From: Vicugna vicugna
Taxonomy: Eukaryota
NCBI GenBank assembly: GCA_013265495.1
Contig: MU058423.1
Coordinates: 819,061-883,060 of the forward strand
DNA length: 64,000 bases
Reading direction: 5' to 3'
Shown here: positions 60,914-64,000 of the stretch, in pieces
Numbering within the stretch: the first letter of the stretch is position 1
How the letters are laid out: each line of letters starts with the position of its first letter
Notes under the pieces: model-generated
Told to the model about the DNA's origin: nothing
The model's input: the letters and a program-made list of their open reading frames with translations, nothing else
Database searches by the model: none
Position numbers and translations under genes: made by a program

Positions 60914-61010
60914 GGGGATGGGGCTATAGCTCAGTAGTAGAGTGCATGCTTAGCATGCACGAGGACTTGGGTTCAACCCCTAGTACCTCCATTAAAAAAA
61001 AAACAAAAGA
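60914..61010 (+). mobile_element. Camelid tRNA-Ala-derived SINE (short form)
   Basis: GGGGCTATAGCTCAGTAGTAGAGTGCATGCTTAGCATGCACGAGGACTTGGGTTCAACCCCTAGTACCTCCA + A tail; degenerate TSD (GAAAGGCAGGAGA / GGAAGGAAGGAGA). Confidence 0.93.
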
Positions 61011-64000
61011 GGAAGGAAGGAAGGAGAAAAAACAGAAGAGAATTATTTCCCAGAAGCCAGGGAAGAATTGAATTTCAACCAAGAGAGTTTTCACCAGCAG
61101 GCAATTCAGAGATGAAGATCACCTGCTGGATTTAGCTGTGGAGGCTGTGCGTGGCCTTGGTGGGCACATCTCACTGTAGATGGCAGGAATTACACTGTGA
61201 ATGGAGGACGAGGGAGTGGAGGGAACGCTGATGGACTGCTTTTAAGAAGCTGGGCTGCAACGGACAGGGACAGTGGCCACAGCGCGGTGCAGGGTCAGGA
61301 GAGGCTAGTTCATCTTAAAAGAGCAGAGCTTTGAGTTCGGGAGAGAACCGTAGAGATAGAGAGGTTGAAAAAGATGTCAGATAAAGGCATAATTGATGGA
61401 GCAAAGTCCTTGAGGAGGAAGGAGGGGGTGAAGTGATGGGCACACCAGCAGGATTAGCTCTGACTGGAGGGGGGCTGCCTTCTATAGTGAGATGGAGGGG
61501 GAGACAAGGATGTGTGTGGTCACAGATAACTTGTGAGGGAGGGACGTGTCAAGCAGGCAGCTGGCACCATTCTCTCTGGACCATTGGAGGCAGGACCTCT
61601 GGTGAGGGGAAGGGATGGGGTAAGAAGAATTGGAGAAAGGGTGACCATGTGAAAAAGCTATATGGGGAATAAAAAAGTGTTTCCTGTGGGCGGATGGAGG
61701 ACACTTAGGAGCTGGGAGGAATGCTCTTGTTAGGGTGGTCCACGTGGATCCTGTGGTCACCTGGGTTGATGGCAGGGCTTGGACTTCAGCGAGAGTAAAT
61801 GCTGTGGTTTTCAGTGAGCAGAAAGTTGATCAATGATGAGACTAACGAAGGGAGAGACGTGTAGAGCTAGCATCAAAGAAGCAGGATGCTTTTTGAAAAT
61901 TTGACAGCAGAGAATGGAGGAATAATTTTGAGGCTGCATTGGTTACAGGGGTGGGGGCGTCCCCACCTCCTGGAAAAACGAGCATCTCCTCCTCGAGACG
62001 TCATCAGGGATGTGGTGAACATGATGGCAGGATCTGTGCCCAATGTGCCTTTGTTGCCTTTTCCTACCCACTGGAAGGAGGCTGGTTGAGAGTGAGTGAA
62101 TGAATGCCTGAATGCCTTGCTCCCATCCTGAGAGTCACTTCCACTTGTCCCCGTGTTTCTTGTTCTTGACATTGCCTCTTCCTGTCCCTGAGAAGTGCCT
62201 GTCAAGCCTGTGTGTGCATCCCTCTCAGGGGCCATGTGGGGGACTGGAGGTGGAGAAAGGAAAAGAGGTGCTTACTGTCACTCCCATTGTCCCTGAGAGC
62301 ATGAGACCTGCCCACTCACCCAGCTCCATTCCCACATCCCATTTTATGACAACATAGAATGATTGCTACCTGGTCTGCCAGGTAGCTCTTGGGTTTTCAG
62401 TAACTCTAATACCTCAGTGTGTAGCCAGAGGAACAGTGGTGACACAGTGAGGGTGGGGAACACAGCATCAAGTCTGAGGGGCCTCAGCTTTTCCAACCAT
62501 AGTTCTAGTTTCTTGACTGGACTCATTTTGTCCCCATCACTACCTTCTTCCTTACTCCCCGCCTGCCACCAATGGCCTGATCAGAGAACCCTGAAATGCA
62601 GAGCAGAAGGTGCTTCACTGGCTCCCAAGGGCAAAATGAAGCAAGATGTCACCCGGCCAAGGAGGACCACAGCTCATCCATCCCCTGTGGCCACCCAGAC
62701 CCCCACCAAGGGAGCAGCAACAGAGTGCCTTTATTTTTAGCTCCCTTGTGGGCCCCTGAGCCCTGCCCCACTTTCTGAAAACAGTGGCCTTGGGGCCCAG
62801 ACCATCTGGTCATAGAGGGGAGACTGGGCAGGCCGTGCCTTCTCCTACTGCTCATGAGGAAGAGCCAGGGGAACGCAGCCCCCTCCATGCCCACATTTTC
62901 CAGGCCAGGAAATTCACGCGGTGGGGCCTCCAGTGGGACTGGAGTCTACCGGCACCAGCATGGTCAGTCCTGTGCCCAGGGCTCTGGCTCTGGAAGGGCC
63001 TCCAAGGGCCCTGCTATGGGAACCCCAAACTCCAGGCACTATTCTGACTCTGAAGCCCCCTCCCCAGGCCCCAGCTAACATTTTTCTGAGCTCAGCTTGA
63101 GCTTCTTATTGGACTGGGAGCAGATCTGTAATTCGGAGGGTAAAGGACAATGAAAGCAATAAAGAGGCTCCCAGTTGAGATCAACCCAGACAATGTAATA
63201 AAGAGCATCCTTTATTCATTTACTCAGCCAAGAGTGGACCACATGTCTGTCAAGATGCTAAGGATGCCAGAAATGAATAGAACATCATCTTTGCCCTCGA
63301 GATGCGATACTGTTGTTCTCCAATGCACAACTGATCACAGGGACTGCCAGGATCCAAGGACCAAAAGCAGAGGAGGCAGCAAGTGGGGCTGGGAGACCTA
63401 GCATTTCTTCTTCCTGAGCTGAATCCCCAGGTTTGTGGCTTCTCCCCACTTTTTCTCTTCTCTGGCAGTGCCCCTGGTTTCATCCTGCCTGCAATGCCCC
63501 TGGGTTCATCCTGTCTGCCACATGTTCTCAGCTCCTACACATAACTGAATTGGGAGGGCACCTGCCAGACAGACCCAGTCCTCCAGATGGAGGTGGCCGT
63601 CATTCATCTTGGCCGAGACTCACAGCTTTAATTGGCTGCTCCATGGAGTCCCTGATGGTCACTGTCCAGAGTGAAGACCCTCCTCAGACTCATTTTCTAC
63701 CCCAGATCTCTAGTTCTCTAGGCCTAGGCTGAAGTCTTTTTTCTAGTCCTTCCAGACTCAGCTAAGTCTTTTGCAGCCTGGATACCTCTTAATGGTGTTT
63801 GCTCCCTGATCAGAGCCTTGCTGGACCTCCCCATGGTACCTGGTTTCCTGTTCTTGGCCCTCAACATCTAGAGTGGGTCCCTCCTGTTCCCAAGCCTACT
63901 CCTCAGAGGGGCACTAAAATGGAGCAAGTGAAGCAAAGGACAGGCAGTCACCTGGCCAGGGAAGGCCACTTGGGGCAGGTGGCGAGTCTGCACAGCGGAG

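Larger units (their letters stand above)
59800..62080 (-). mobile_element. Long L2 LINE fossil hosting MER94, MIR and a camelid SINE
   Basis: Purine-rich L2 antisense motifs GAAGGTCTGGGCTGAAGATG, CCCTGGGGGCACCAGCCTTTAAG, CTGCTGGATTTAGC, GCATAATTGATGGAGCAAAGTCCTTGAG. Confidence 0.7.

Noticed and set aside
60914..60991. Apparent tRNA-Ala(AGC) gene (also at 22.5, 40.2, 54.1, 58.9 kb)
   Set aside because: Multiple stem-disrupting substitutions, A-rich tails and TSDs show these are tRNA-derived SINE copies, not tRNA genes.
1..64000. Assignment to a specific named gene locus
   Set aside because: No exon or other diagnostic sequence recognised; locus identity requires a genome alignment.

Overview
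This is mammalian, almost certainly camelid (camel/alpaca/llama), non-coding DNA. The lineage call rests on five copies of a tRNA-Ala(AGC)-derived SINE of the camelid vic-1 type plus cetartiodactyl-type L1 3' ends. I find no credible protein-coding exon, functional RNA gene or CRISPR array, and the ORF track is essentially noise from GC-rich sequence and decayed repeats. The window is a moderately GC-rich, globally CpG-depleted, MIR/L2-dense intergenic or deep intronic region. It is packed with ancient eutherian repeats: MIR, L2, L3/CR1, MLT1 and MLT2 solo LTRs with intact 5-bp target-site duplications (TSDs), and MER5/20/53/58/81/94/103, ORSL and MARNA DNA transposon fossils, including several multi-layer nested insertions. 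Between the repeats lie about a dozen repeat-free islands rich in homeodomain (TAAT), SOX, POU, MEF2, GATA, RFX and CTCF motifs, including an orphan CpG island at about 53.3-53.7 kb. The best candidate for a hidden 'system' is this array of putative distal enhancers, i.e. a regulatory gene desert of a developmental gene lying outside the window. That is inference and needs conservation and chromatin data. Repeat family names come from recalled consensus sequences, and boundaries without TSDs are approximate.
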